This document shows, one piece after another, positions 16,782 to 24,462 of a DNA stretch of 30,000 bases. Within the stretch, counting starts at the first letter, position 1. The number at the start of each line of letters is the position of its first letter. Location: NCBI GenBank assembly GCA_044225415.1, contig JBGAIO010000007.1:11624-41623 (forward strand), written 5' to 3'. The notes below the pieces were generated by a model, which saw nothing but the letters and a program-made list of their open reading frames with translations, was not told the origin of the DNA and did not search any database. Origin of the DNA: Burkholderiaceae bacterium (GTDB taxonomy: Bacteria > Pseudomonadota > Gammaproteobacteria > Burkholderiales > Burkholderiaceae_F). Both the position numbers and the translations under genes were made by a program.

Positions 16782-18112
16782 AGCTCGACTCCGTCCTGCT
16801 TCAGCAGCGTGCGCACGTCCGCCGCGCGGCGGTCGCGCACGCCGAGGTTCTCCTGCAGCGCCAGCGCGGCGGCGTGTCCGATCGCCTGGCCGTAGCCGAA
16901 GCACTGCGCCGTCACGCGCGCCGACGCCATCGCCTCGTGCTCGGCCGACAGGCAGCGGCCGGCCGCGAGCACGCCCTCGCCCCGCTGCGGGATCAGGCAG
17001 CCCAGCGGGATTTCGTACCAGTCGTCGTACAGCCACGACAGCCGCGGCCTGGTGCCGCTGTGCAGTTCGATCGGCCACGGCGAGCGCGCGATCGCATCGG
17101 GCGTCTTGCGCCCCTGCACCACCCAGTCGTTGCTGATGCGCCCGGTGCCGACGATCTGCCGCGTCTGGCGCACGCCGACCTGCACGCCGGTGTCGTTGAC
17201 GTAGGCGTTCTCGCAACCGACCAGCGTCTCGCGGTAGAAGGCCTCGTACTGTCGCACCTGCTTGCGGCCTTCGAACTCCGCTTCCGTCAGGTCGGCGGCG
17301 ATCAGCGGATGCAACTCGCGGCCGTCGCGGCCCACCACGCGCGTCGAGTTGCACAGCAGTTCGTTCGGCCGCGGCGTCGGGAACAGGAAGATCTTGGCGC
17401 GCGGCAGCTTGAGCCGGCCCGCCGCGTTGGCGTCGGCGATGGCCTTCATCACGCGCTCGGGCAGGATCGAGTCATCGCCGTATTCCGCGAGGAAGCGCGC
17501 GACGTCCACGCCGGCCATGCGGAAGATCATCGTCGGGTTCTGCACCTTGCCGTTGTCGCCGACGGTGAAGTCGAGGCCCGCCATCGCGATGACGTCGGCA
17601 TCGCCGGAGGCGTCGATGACGATGCGTGCGCGCACGTCGAGCGGCCCCTGCTTCGTGTACGCGTGCACGCCCGCCACGCGCTCGCCGCCTTCCACGTGCA
17701 CGCCGGTCACGGTCGCGTGCAGCAGCACGTGCACGCCCGCGGCCGCCAGCAGGTCGTCGGCGCTCTCGCGCCACGCCAGCGGGTCGTGCACCAGCGTGTA
17801 GGTGTCGCCGTAGCGCACCGGCTGCGTCAGGCCGTTGCGCCGGTTCATCGTCGCGATGAAGCGGTCGACGAAGCCGGTGACGATCTTCTCCGGCTTGCCC
17901 ACCGCGCCAGGCCGCGCGAGATACAGGCCGCAGACCGTACCCGACAGGCCCGCGACGGCGGCGCCGCCACAGAAGCCGTAGCGCTCCAGCAGCGTGACTT
18001 TCAGTCCGTGGCTCGCCGCGGTACAGGCAGCGGCGATGCCGGCCGCGCCGCCGCCGACGACCAGCACGTCGGTGTCGATGCGCAGTGCGCTGCGGCGATC
18101 AATGGCAGTCAT
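16778..18112 (-). CDS. FAD-dependent oxidoreductase (FAD_oxidored / PF12831-like), specific function unknown
   Basis: 444 aa with ATG at 18112. N-terminal dinucleotide-binding motif DVLVVGGGAAGIAAACTAASHGLKVTLLERYGFCGG. No recognisable acyl-CoA dehydrogenase fold. Confidence 0.85.
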   Translation of the reverse strand: MTAIDRRSALRIDTDVLVVGGGAAGIAAACTAASHGLKVTLLERYGFCGGAAVAGLSGTVCGLYLARPGAVGKPEKIVTGFVDRFIATMNRRNGLTQPVRYGDTYTLVHDPLAWRESADDLLAAAGVHVLLHATVTGVHVEGGERVAGVHAYTKQGPLDVRARIVIDASGDADVIAMAGLDFTVGDNGKVQNPTMIFRMAGVDVARFLAEYGDDSILPERVMKAIADANAAGRLKLPRAKIFLFPTPRPNELLCNSTRVVGRDGRELHPLIAADLTEAEFEGRKQVRQYEAFYRETLVGCENAYVNDTGVQVGVRQTRQIVGTGRISNDWVVQGRKTPDAIARSPWPIELHSGTRPRLSWLYDDWYEIPLGCLIPQRGEGVLAAGRCLSAEHEAMASARVTAQCFGYGQAIGHAAALALQENLGVRDRRAADVRTLLKQDGVEL

Positions 18113-18119
18113 TGCGCTC

Positions 18120-19439
18120 TCACTTGCCGAGCATCGTGCGCGGCAGCCACATCGCGATGTCCGGGAACATGCAGACGATCACCAGCGCCAGCACCTGCAG
18201 TCCCATGTAAGGCCACACCGAGCGGAAGATGTCGGTGATGGATATATCCGCCGGCGCCGCGCCCTTCAGGTAGAACGCGGCCGGTCCGAACGGCGGCGAG
18301 ATGTAGCTGATCTGCATGTTCATGCAGAAGATCACGCCGATGAAGATCGGGTCGAAGCCCAGCGCCACCAGCACCGGAACGAAGATCGGCGCGGTCAGCA
18401 GCAGGATGCCGATCCAGTCGATGATGCAGCCCAGCGCGATCCAGATCAGGTTGACGACCGCGAAGATGCCCCACTTGCCGATCGGCAGCCCGCCCACCAG
18501 CTCCTTCAGGTACTGCGTGCCGCCGGCGATGGTGTAGATGCCGACCAGCGCCGACGCGCCGAAGAAAAGCCAGTACAGCATGCACGTGACCTTGGTGGTC
18601 TCGACGATCGCGTGCTTCATGTTGGCCAGGGTCAGCCGGCGATTGATGGCCGCGGCGATGACGGACCCCAGCACGCCGACGCCGGCCGCCTCCGTCGGTG
18701 TGGCCAGTCCGAAGTACAGCGAGCCCAGCACCGAGAAGGCAACGAAGCCCGGCAGGATCAGGCGCCGCAAGTAGCCGATCTTCTGCAGCAGCGGGATGTC
18801 GATTTCCTCGCGCGGCGCGGCCGGCGCGATCTCGGGCTTCAGGTACGAGATGACGATGACGTAGACGATGTACAGGCCCGCCAGCAGCAGACCCGGCCCG
18901 ATGCCCGCCATGTACAGCTGCCCGATCGACGTGCCGGCCGTCAGCGCGTACATGATGAACACCACCGACGGCGGGATCAGCGTCGCCAGTCCGCCGCCGG
19001 CGCAGATCGAGCCCAGCGCCAGCGACTTGTGATAGCCGCGTTTCAGCATCGCCGGCAGCGCGACGATGCCCATCGTGACGATCTCTGCGCCGATGACGCC
19101 GACCATCGCCGCCATCAGTGCGCAAGAGATGATGACCGCCACGGCCAGTCCGCCGCGGATGCGCCCCGACCAGATGTAGGCCGCTTTGAAGATGTCCTCG
19201 GCCACGCCGGCGCGCTCGAGGATCATCGCCATCAGGATGAACAGCGGCACGCTGACCAGGATCTGGTTGGTCATCAGCGTGAACACGCGGCTGACCACCA
19301 GGTTCAGCGTGTTGACGTCGAACAGCCACACGCCGAAGACCACGGCGATGGCGCCGGTGGCGAAGGCGATGGGCACGCCGATGGCCAACGCCGAGATCAG
19401 CGCGGCCAGCAGCAGCAGGGTCAGGGTGTCAACCGCCAC
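18120..19439 (-). CDS. dctM: TRAP transporter large permease subunit
   Basis: ORF 18120..19538 trimmed to GTG at 19439, preceded by GGAGGAATCCC. Polytopic DctM-like sequence. 11-nt overlap with the dctQ end. Confidence 0.92.
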   Translation of the reverse strand: MAVDTLTLLLLAALISALAIGVPIAFATGAIAVVFGVWLFDVNTLNLVVSRVFTLMTNQILVSVPLFILMAMILERAGVAEDIFKAAYIWSGRIRGGLAVAVIISCALMAAMVGVIGAEIVTMGIVALPAMLKRGYHKSLALGSICAGGGLATLIPPSVVFIMYALTAGTSIGQLYMAGIGPGLLLAGLYIVYVIVISYLKPEIAPAAPREEIDIPLLQKIGYLRRLILPGFVAFSVLGSLYFGLATPTEAAGVGVLGSVIAAAINRRLTLANMKHAIVETTKVTCMLYWLFFGASALVGIYTIAGGTQYLKELVGGLPIGKWGIFAVVNLIWIALGCIIDWIGILLLTAPIFVPVLVALGFDPIFIGVIFCMNMQISYISPPFGPAAFYLKGAAPADISITDIFRSVWPYMGLQVLALVIVCMFPDIAMWLPRTMLGK

Positions 19440-19953
19440 GGGATTCCTCCGGCAGCGGATCGCGGGCCAGACCCAGGTCCACCAGCAGATTCGCCAGCCC
19501 CTGCAGCAGCAGCAGGATGCCGGCCAGCGGGATGGCAAGCTTCAGCGGCCAGATCGGCGGATTCCACAGCGTACCGCTGCCTTCGTGCACGTCGAAGGAA
19601 TCGATGCCCATGTGCCAGCCGAACACGATCAGCGTCAGGCAGTACACGGCAAACAGCGCGAATCCGACCAGGTCGAACACCTTGCGCAGCGCGGGGTTGC
19701 GGCGGGCCACCGGCTGGTACACCAGGTCCACCAGTACGTGCTTGCGATGCAGCAGCGTGTAGCCGCCGCCCAGCGCGTAGGCCAGGCCTGCGAGGTAGGT
19801 CATCGACTCGTCGCCCCACAGCGACGGGGCGTGGAAGAAATCGCGCGCGATGACCTCGCGCAGGATGATGAGGACGATGCCGACGATGAACAGGCCGGCG
19901 ATGCGGCCTATCCATTCGTTGGCCCGCCCGATGGCACGGACGAACCCGTTCAC
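19429..19953 (-). CDS. dctQ: TRAP transporter small permease subunit
   Basis: 174 aa with four hydrophobic segments. DctQ-like N-terminus (MNGFVRAIGRANEWIGRIAGLFIVGIVLIILREVIAR). Positioned between dctP and dctM. Confidence 0.88.
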   Translation of the reverse strand: MNGFVRAIGRANEWIGRIAGLFIVGIVLIILREVIARDFFHAPSLWGDESMTYLAGLAYALGGGYTLLHRKHVLVDLVYQPVARRNPALRKVFDLVGFALFAVYCLTLIVFGWHMGIDSFDVHEGSGTLWNPPIWPLKLAIPLAGILLLLQGLANLLVDLGLARDPLPEESRGG

Positions 19954-19963
19954 GGCGCGGTGC

Positions 19964-21001
19964 TCAGTTGATGAGCTTCAGTTCGCGCAGGAAGGCCGCC
20001 TGCGATTCGTGGGCCTGCTTGGCCAGCGCGCCTTTGGCGGCCCATTCGCCTGCCACGCCCTGCGCCAGTCCGCGCGCATGCAGCAGGTCGGCGTCGCTCC
20101 AGGCGATCAGGTCGATACCCTTGGTCTTGAGCTCGGCGGAGACCCGCTTGTCGTTCTCGGCGATGCGCGAGATCTGCATGGCGCTGAACTGGCGGAAGGT
20201 CTTGTCGACGATGGCCTTGTCGGCATCCGGCAGTGCCTTCCATGCAGCCGCGTTGATCGTGAAGTCCTGGATCGGCATCGAGTGGAAGCCGGGGTAGGTG
20301 GCGAACTTCGCGATCTCGAAGAAACCCATCTTGGCGTTGACGGAGATGGTCGACCAGTCCACTGAGTCCACGATGCCCTTTTCCAGCGCGGAATAGGCTT
20401 CGCCACCAGGGATGACGACGATCGACGCGCCCATCTTGGCGATGGTCTCGGCGGCGATGCCCTGCGCCCCGCGGTGCTTGACTCCCTTGAAGTCGTCGGG
20501 CCGGCGGATCGCCTTGCGCATCGTCAGCGACTCCACGCCCCACCAGGTCGTGCCCACCGTGTAGGCGTTGAAGCGCGCATACGCCTGGCGCAGCATCGCC
20601 ATGCCGCCCTTCTCGTCCAGCCAGCGCTGCTGCTGGTCGGGCGCGCGATACGCGAAGGCGTAGTCGCCGATCACCGCCAGCGCCGGCTCCTTGCCGGCCC
20701 AGTAACCGGGATAGGTCGACTGGCCCTGCAGCACGTTGTTCGACACGGCGTCGAGCGTTTCGAAAGCGCCCACCACAGCGCCGGCCGCGAAGGGCTGGAT
20801 CTCGAGCCGCCCCTGCGTGTTGGTCTTGACCTGGTCGCAGAACTCCTGGAAGAACTTGTAGGTGTCCTCGCCCGAGCCCCACAGAGTCTGCACGCACCAC
20901 TTGACCGGCGCCTGACCCAGTACCAGCGCCGGAAATCCGGCAAAGGAAGCCGCGGATGCAGCGGCGACCGAACCCAGCAACCTTCTGCGCACATTCGCCA
21001 T
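19964..21001 (-). CDS. dctP: TRAP transporter substrate-binding protein (DctP type) with an Arg-rich, possibly Tat, signal peptide
   Basis: ORF trimmed to ATG at 21001, preceded by AGGAGA. Signal peptide: MANVRRRLLGSVAAASAASFAGFPALVLG. DctP-family sequence, with an Arg in the FKGVKHRGAQG strand where the carboxylate-binding Arg usually sits. Confidence 0.9.
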   Translation of the reverse strand: MANVRRRLLGSVAAASAASFAGFPALVLGQAPVKWCVQTLWGSGEDTYKFFQEFCDQVKTNTQGRLEIQPFAAGAVVGAFETLDAVSNNVLQGQSTYPGYWAGKEPALAVIGDYAFAYRAPDQQQRWLDEKGGMAMLRQAYARFNAYTVGTTWWGVESLTMRKAIRRPDDFKGVKHRGAQGIAAETIAKMGASIVVIPGGEAYSALEKGIVDSVDWSTISVNAKMGFFEIAKFATYPGFHSMPIQDFTINAAAWKALPDADKAIVDKTFRQFSAMQISRIAENDKRVSAELKTKGIDLIAWSDADLLHARGLAQGVAGEWAAKGALAKQAHESQAAFLRELKLIN

Positions 21002-21037
21002 GACGTCTCCTGGTGTCGGGGCGGCGAGCCCTCTATT

Positions 21038-21067
21038 CATACATCACAAATATATTTTTGATGTATG
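21038..21067. promoter_or_regulatory. Candidate operator: perfect inverted repeat CATACATCA-N12-TGATGTATG
   Basis: Read directly (21038-21046 / 21059-21067). It overlaps the predicted -10 of the dctP promoter and lies immediately downstream of the GntR gene. Flanked by a second inverted repeat, GACGTCTC (21002-21009) / GAGACGTC (21069-21076). Confidence 0.5.
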
Positions 21068-21078
21068 CGAGACGTCAA
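21049..21078 (-). promoter_or_regulatory. Sigma70-like promoter for the dctP operon: -35 TTGACG, 18-nt spacer, -10 TATATT
   Basis: Minus strand reads cggTTGACGtctcgcatacatcaaaaaTATATTtgtgatg. It is the only AT-rich patch in the 133-bp gntR-dctP spacer. Confidence 0.45.
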
Positions 21079-21134
21079 CCGCTTTTTGCGCTGCAGCGCA
21101 GCGGAACGGGGCGGGGCGGGGCGGCCGCCGCAGG

Positions 21135-21821
21135 TCAGGCGGCCAGGCGCGTGCGACCCAGCAGCAGGTCTCGCGTGAAGCGCTCGGCGATGTCGCTCAC
21201 GGCATCGCAGCGCGACGCGGCCAGCGTCGCGTCGCCGTCGGCGATCGCGCGCGTGAGCTGCGCATGGGCCGGCGCCACGTCGCGCAGGTTGTTCAGTTCG
21301 CGGTAGTGCACGTAGAAGAAGCGCTGCGAGAAAGTGTGCAGCGGCCGCAGCGCGCGCGCGCTGTACGGGTTGCGTGCGACCGCCGCTACGTAGCGCTTGA
21401 TCTCGAAGTGATGATGCAGGTATGCGTACAGATCGTCGCTGCCGCCCGTGGCGTCGATGTCGTCGGCCATGCGGCGCAACGTGACGCGCTCATCGTCGGT
21501 CGCGCGCAGCGCGGCGCTGGCCGACACCAGCCGCTCGATCGCGCGGCGCGTCTCGAGCACCTTCATCTGCTCTTCGATGGAGACCTGCGAAACGACGATG
21601 CCGGCACGCTTGACGACGGTGACCAGTCCGTCGAAGGCCATGCGCGCCACCGCCTCGCGCACCGGCGTGCGGCCGATCTTCAGCCAGCTGCTGAGCGACG
21701 CCTCGGTCCACTGCGAACCCGGCGCGAACTTGAGCGTGACGAAGCGCTCCTCCAGCTCGCGCTGCGCGCGATCGGTGAGGCGTTCCTTGGGCCTGCTGCT
21801 GCGGCTGGTGGTGCGGGGCAT
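21135..21821 (-). CDS. GntR family transcriptional regulator (FadR/FCD subfamily)
   Basis: ORF 21135..22505 trimmed to ATG at 21821; an alternative ATG is at 21848. N-terminal winged HTH (LSSWLKIGRTPVREAVARMAFDGLVTVVKRAGIVV) and a C-terminal all-helical FCD-like domain. Confidence 0.9.
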   Translation of the reverse strand: MPRTTSRSSRPKERLTDRAQRELEERFVTLKFAPGSQWTEASLSSWLKIGRTPVREAVARMAFDGLVTVVKRAGIVVSQVSIEEQMKVLETRRAIERLVSASAALRATDDERVTLRRMADDIDATGGSDDLYAYLHHHFEIKRYVAAVARNPYSARALRPLHTFSQRFFYVHYRELNNLRDVAPAHAQLTRAIADGDATLAASRCDAVSDIAERFTRDLLLGRTRLAA

Positions 21822-21895
21822 CGGGATGTTCCAACTTCGCTGCAACATATGTTTACCATGTTTTACGCTCCGCGACTGCCGCCACCGAAGGCGTA

Positions 21896-23116
21896 TCACG
21901 CGCTGGCCGCGATGCCCGCCGCGTGTGCCGAGGCCCACGCCCACTGGAAGTTGTAGCCGCCGAGCCAGCCGGTCACGTCGACGGCCTCGCCGATGAAATG
22001 CAGTCCTGGCGCGCGCCGCGCTTCGAGCGTCGACTGCGACAGTTCGTCGGTGGCCACACCGCCGCGCGTCACTTCGGCCTTGCGCAAGCCTTCGGTACCC
22101 GACGGGACGAGGCGCCAGGCTTTCAGCGCTGCAGCGAGCGCACGCAGTTCTGCATCCGATACATCCGCCATGCGTCGATCGGGCGGCAGCGCCGTGAACC
22201 CGGCACAGCGCTCCGCCAGCCGCTGCGGCAGCCAGCGCGCCAGCACCTGCACCACCGCGTGTGCCAGTGTCCTGCGGCTGCCCGTTCGCGCCTCCCGCAG
22301 GGCGCGCTCGAGTTCGTCGAGCGGCAGTTGCGGCAGCAGGTCGATTTCCAGCGGGGTGCGCGGCGTCCAGTAGCTCGATATCTGCAGGATGGCAGGGCCG
22401 GACAGTCCGCGATGCGTGAACAGCAGGTCCTCGTCGAAGCACACTGTGCCGCACGCGATGCGCACTTCGCACGACAGGCCCGCCAGCGGCGCGTAGGGCT
22501 TCCACGCCGCCGCGTCGAAGGTCAGCGGCACGAGCGCGGGCCGCGGCTCGACGATGCGCAGGCCGAACTGGCGCGCGACGCGATGCGCGAAATCCGTGGC
22601 GCCGAGCGCGGGAATCGACAGCCCTCCGGTGGCGACGATCACGCGGCGCGCAGACAGCGTGCCGGCGTCGGTGTCGAGTTCATAGCACGCGGTCGAGCGC
22701 CGGACCGCGGCGACCGCACAGGGCCTGCGCCAATCGACGCCGCCCGCGTCGCACTCCGCGCGCAGCATCGCGATGATCTGCTCCGCGCTGTCGTCGCAGA
22801 AGAGCTGGCCGCGGTGCTTCTCGTGGAATGCGATGCGATGCCGCTGCACCAGCGCGATGAAGTCGGCGGGCGTGTAGCGCGCCAGCGCCGAGCGGGCAAA
22901 CGCGGGGTTCTCCGATACGTAGCGCGACGGATCGCCGGCGCCGACGTTGGTGAAGTTGCAGCGTCCGCCGCCGGAGATGCGGATCTTCTCGGCGAGCTTT
23001 GCGGCGTGGTCGATCAGCACCACGCGCGCGCCGCGCTGGCCGGCGACGGCGGCACACATCATCCCGGCAGCGCCGGCGCCGATGATGGCGGCGTCGAAGG
23101 GTCGAGGGGACGTCAT
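21896..23116 (-). CDS. HI0933 / YhiN (BaiN-like) family NAD(P)/FAD-dependent oxidoreductase
   Basis: ORF trimmed to ATG at 23116. FDAAIIGAGAAGMMCA dinucleotide motif and the family signature ISGGGRCNFTN. C-terminal GGYNFQWAWASG-like sequence. Confidence 0.88.
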   Translation of the reverse strand: MTSPRPFDAAIIGAGAAGMMCAAVAGQRGARVVLIDHAAKLAEKIRISGGGRCNFTNVGAGDPSRYVSENPAFARSALARYTPADFIALVQRHRIAFHEKHRGQLFCDDSAEQIIAMLRAECDAGGVDWRRPCAVAAVRRSTACYELDTDAGTLSARRVIVATGGLSIPALGATDFAHRVARQFGLRIVEPRPALVPLTFDAAAWKPYAPLAGLSCEVRIACGTVCFDEDLLFTHRGLSGPAILQISSYWTPRTPLEIDLLPQLPLDELERALREARTGSRRTLAHAVVQVLARWLPQRLAERCAGFTALPPDRRMADVSDAELRALAAALKAWRLVPSGTEGLRKAEVTRGGVATDELSQSTLEARRAPGLHFIGEAVDVTGWLGGYNFQWAWASAHAAGIAASA

Positions 23117-23145
23117 CGGGAAGCTGCAGCGGACAAGCATGCTCT

Positions 23146-23257
23146 CGTCATCCCGGCGAAGGCCGGGATCCAAGTTGACGTTGAACCGCAAATTGGGCCC
23201 CGGCCTTCGCCGGGGCGACGGTGTGCTGTGGTCATCCCCGCGGAAGCGGCGGATCCA
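23146..23257. repeat. Cluster of three REP-like palindromic units (direct 23146-23173, inverted 23193-23220, direct 23230-23257)
   Basis: Read directly: cgtcatcccggcgaaggccgggatccaa; ttgggccccggccttcgccggggcgacg (reverse complement of the unit); ggtcatccccgcggaagcggcggatcca. Each unit has an internal GC hairpin. The cluster lies between the dnaJ stop and the downstream flavoprotein gene. Confidence 0.7.
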
Positions 23258-23264
23258 TTGTCCT

Positions 23265-24407
23265 TCACTCGGCGGTGAAGAACCCCTTCATCCGATCGAC
23301 GAAGGACTTCTCCTGCGGCGAGTGCTTCGAGCCGCCCGCCTTGATCGACGTGTCGAACTCGCGCAGCAGCTTCTTCTGCTTCTCGGTGAGCCGCACTGGC
23401 GTCTCGACGACGATGTGGCAATACAGGTCGCCGGGATAACTGGCGCGCACGCCCTTGATGCCCTTGCCGCGCATCCGCAGCGTCTTGCCGGCCTGCGTTC
23501 CTTCCGCGATCGTGAGCTTCGTGCGGCCGTCGATGGTCGGCACTTCGACTTCGCCGCCCAATGCGGCGGTCGTGAAGGTGACCGGCACTTCGCAGTGCAG
23601 GTCGTCGCCGTCGCGCTGGAACACGTCGTGGCGCTTGATGTGGATCTCGACGTACAGGTCGCCGGTGGGCCCGCCGTTCATGCCCGGTTCGCCCTTGCCC
23701 GACAGCCGGATGCGCTGGCCTTCGTCGATGCCGGCGGGGATCGACACTTCGAGCACCTTGTTCTGCTTCACGCGGCCCGCGCCATGGCACGCCGTGCAGG
23801 GGTCGGGGATCACCTTGCCGGAGCCGCGGCAGGTCGGGCAGGTCTGCTGGATCGAGAAGAAACCCTGCGTCATGCGCACCTGGCCCGCGCCGTTGCACGT
23901 GCCGCAGGTCTTGCTGCTGGTGCCGGGCTTCGCGCCCGTGCCTTCGCAAGCCTCACAGCTGTCCCACGACGGCACGCGGATCTCGGTGTCGTAGCCAGCG
24001 GCCGCCTGCTCGAGCGTCAGTTCCATCGAGTAGCGCAGGTCGGCACCGCGATACACCGCATTGCGTCCGCCGCGCGCGCCGCCGCCGCCGAAGATGTCGC
24101 TGAAGATGTCGCCGAAGGCATCGGCGAATCCGCCGAAGCCCTCGCCGCCGAAACCGCCGGGACCGCCCGGCCCGTTGTTGACGCCGGCGTGACCAAAGCG
24201 ATCGTAGGCCGCACGCTTGTTCGCGTCGGTCAGCGTTTCGTACGCCTCCTTTGCTTCCTTGAACTTCTCTTCGGATTCCTTCGCCGCGTCGCCGTGGTTG
24301 CGATCGGGGTGGTACTTCATCGCGAGCTTGCGATAGGCCTTGGTGATTTCCACCTCGGTGGATTCACGCACGACGCCCAGCACTTCGTAGTAATCCCGCT
24401 TGGACAT
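23265..24407 (-). CDS. dnaJ: Molecular chaperone DnaJ (class I: J domain, G/F region, four CxxCxGxG zinc-finger repeats, C-terminal domains)
   Basis: 380 aa. [10 protein letters not shown]...KYHPDRN; [32 protein letters not shown]. Confidence 0.95.
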   Translation of the reverse strand: MSKRDYYEVLGVVRESTEVEITKAYRKLAMKYHPDRNHGDAAKESEEKFKEAKEAYETLTDANKRAAYDRFGHAGVNNGPGGPGGFGGEGFGGFADAFGDIFSDIFGGGGARGGRNAVYRGADLRYSMELTLEQAAAGYDTEIRVPSWDSCEACEGTGAKPGTSSKTCGTCNGAGQVRMTQGFFSIQQTCPTCRGSGKVIPDPCTACHGAGRVKQNKVLEVSIPAGIDEGQRIRLSGKGEPGMNGGPTGDLYVEIHIKRHDVFQRDGDDLHCEVPVTFTTAALGGEVEVPTIDGRTKLTIAEGTQAGKTLRMRGKGIKGVRASYPGDLYCHIVVETPVRLTEKQKKLLREFDTSIKAGGSKHSPQEKSFVDRMKGFFTAE

Positions 24408-24435
24408 GAACTGCCGACTCCTGACTCGTTCCCCG

Positions 24436-24453
24436 CGCCGGCCGCGGCCGGCG
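24436..24453. repeat. 18-bp perfect GC palindrome CGCCGGCCGCGGCCGGCG between the two J-protein genes
   Basis: Read directly. It lies in the 55-bp spacer between the stop at 24463 and the dnaJ start at 24407. No T-tract follows on the minus strand. Confidence 0.6.
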
Positions 24454-24462
24454 TCCCCTACC

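Noticed and set aside
17994-19853. 619-aa plus-strand ORF, and similar ones at 5079..6389, 9363..10463, 16874..18238, 21923..23278, 22947..24593, 24400..25461, 28821..29879
   Set aside because: All are antisense to well-supported minus-strand genes (dctM/dctQ, murB/yajQ region, ispA, FAD oxidoreductase, YhiN-like, dnaJ, J-protein, hemH). Their composition is dominated by Arg, Ala, Gly and Pro. They contain translated REP units such as VIPAKAGIQ.
21108-21124. GGGGC GGGGC GGGGC GG tract just downstream of the gntR stop (possible G-quadruplex)
   Set aside because: It has only three full G4 runs plus a GG. In a genome this GC-rich such tracts are expected by chance, and there is no positional logic beyond lying in a spacer.
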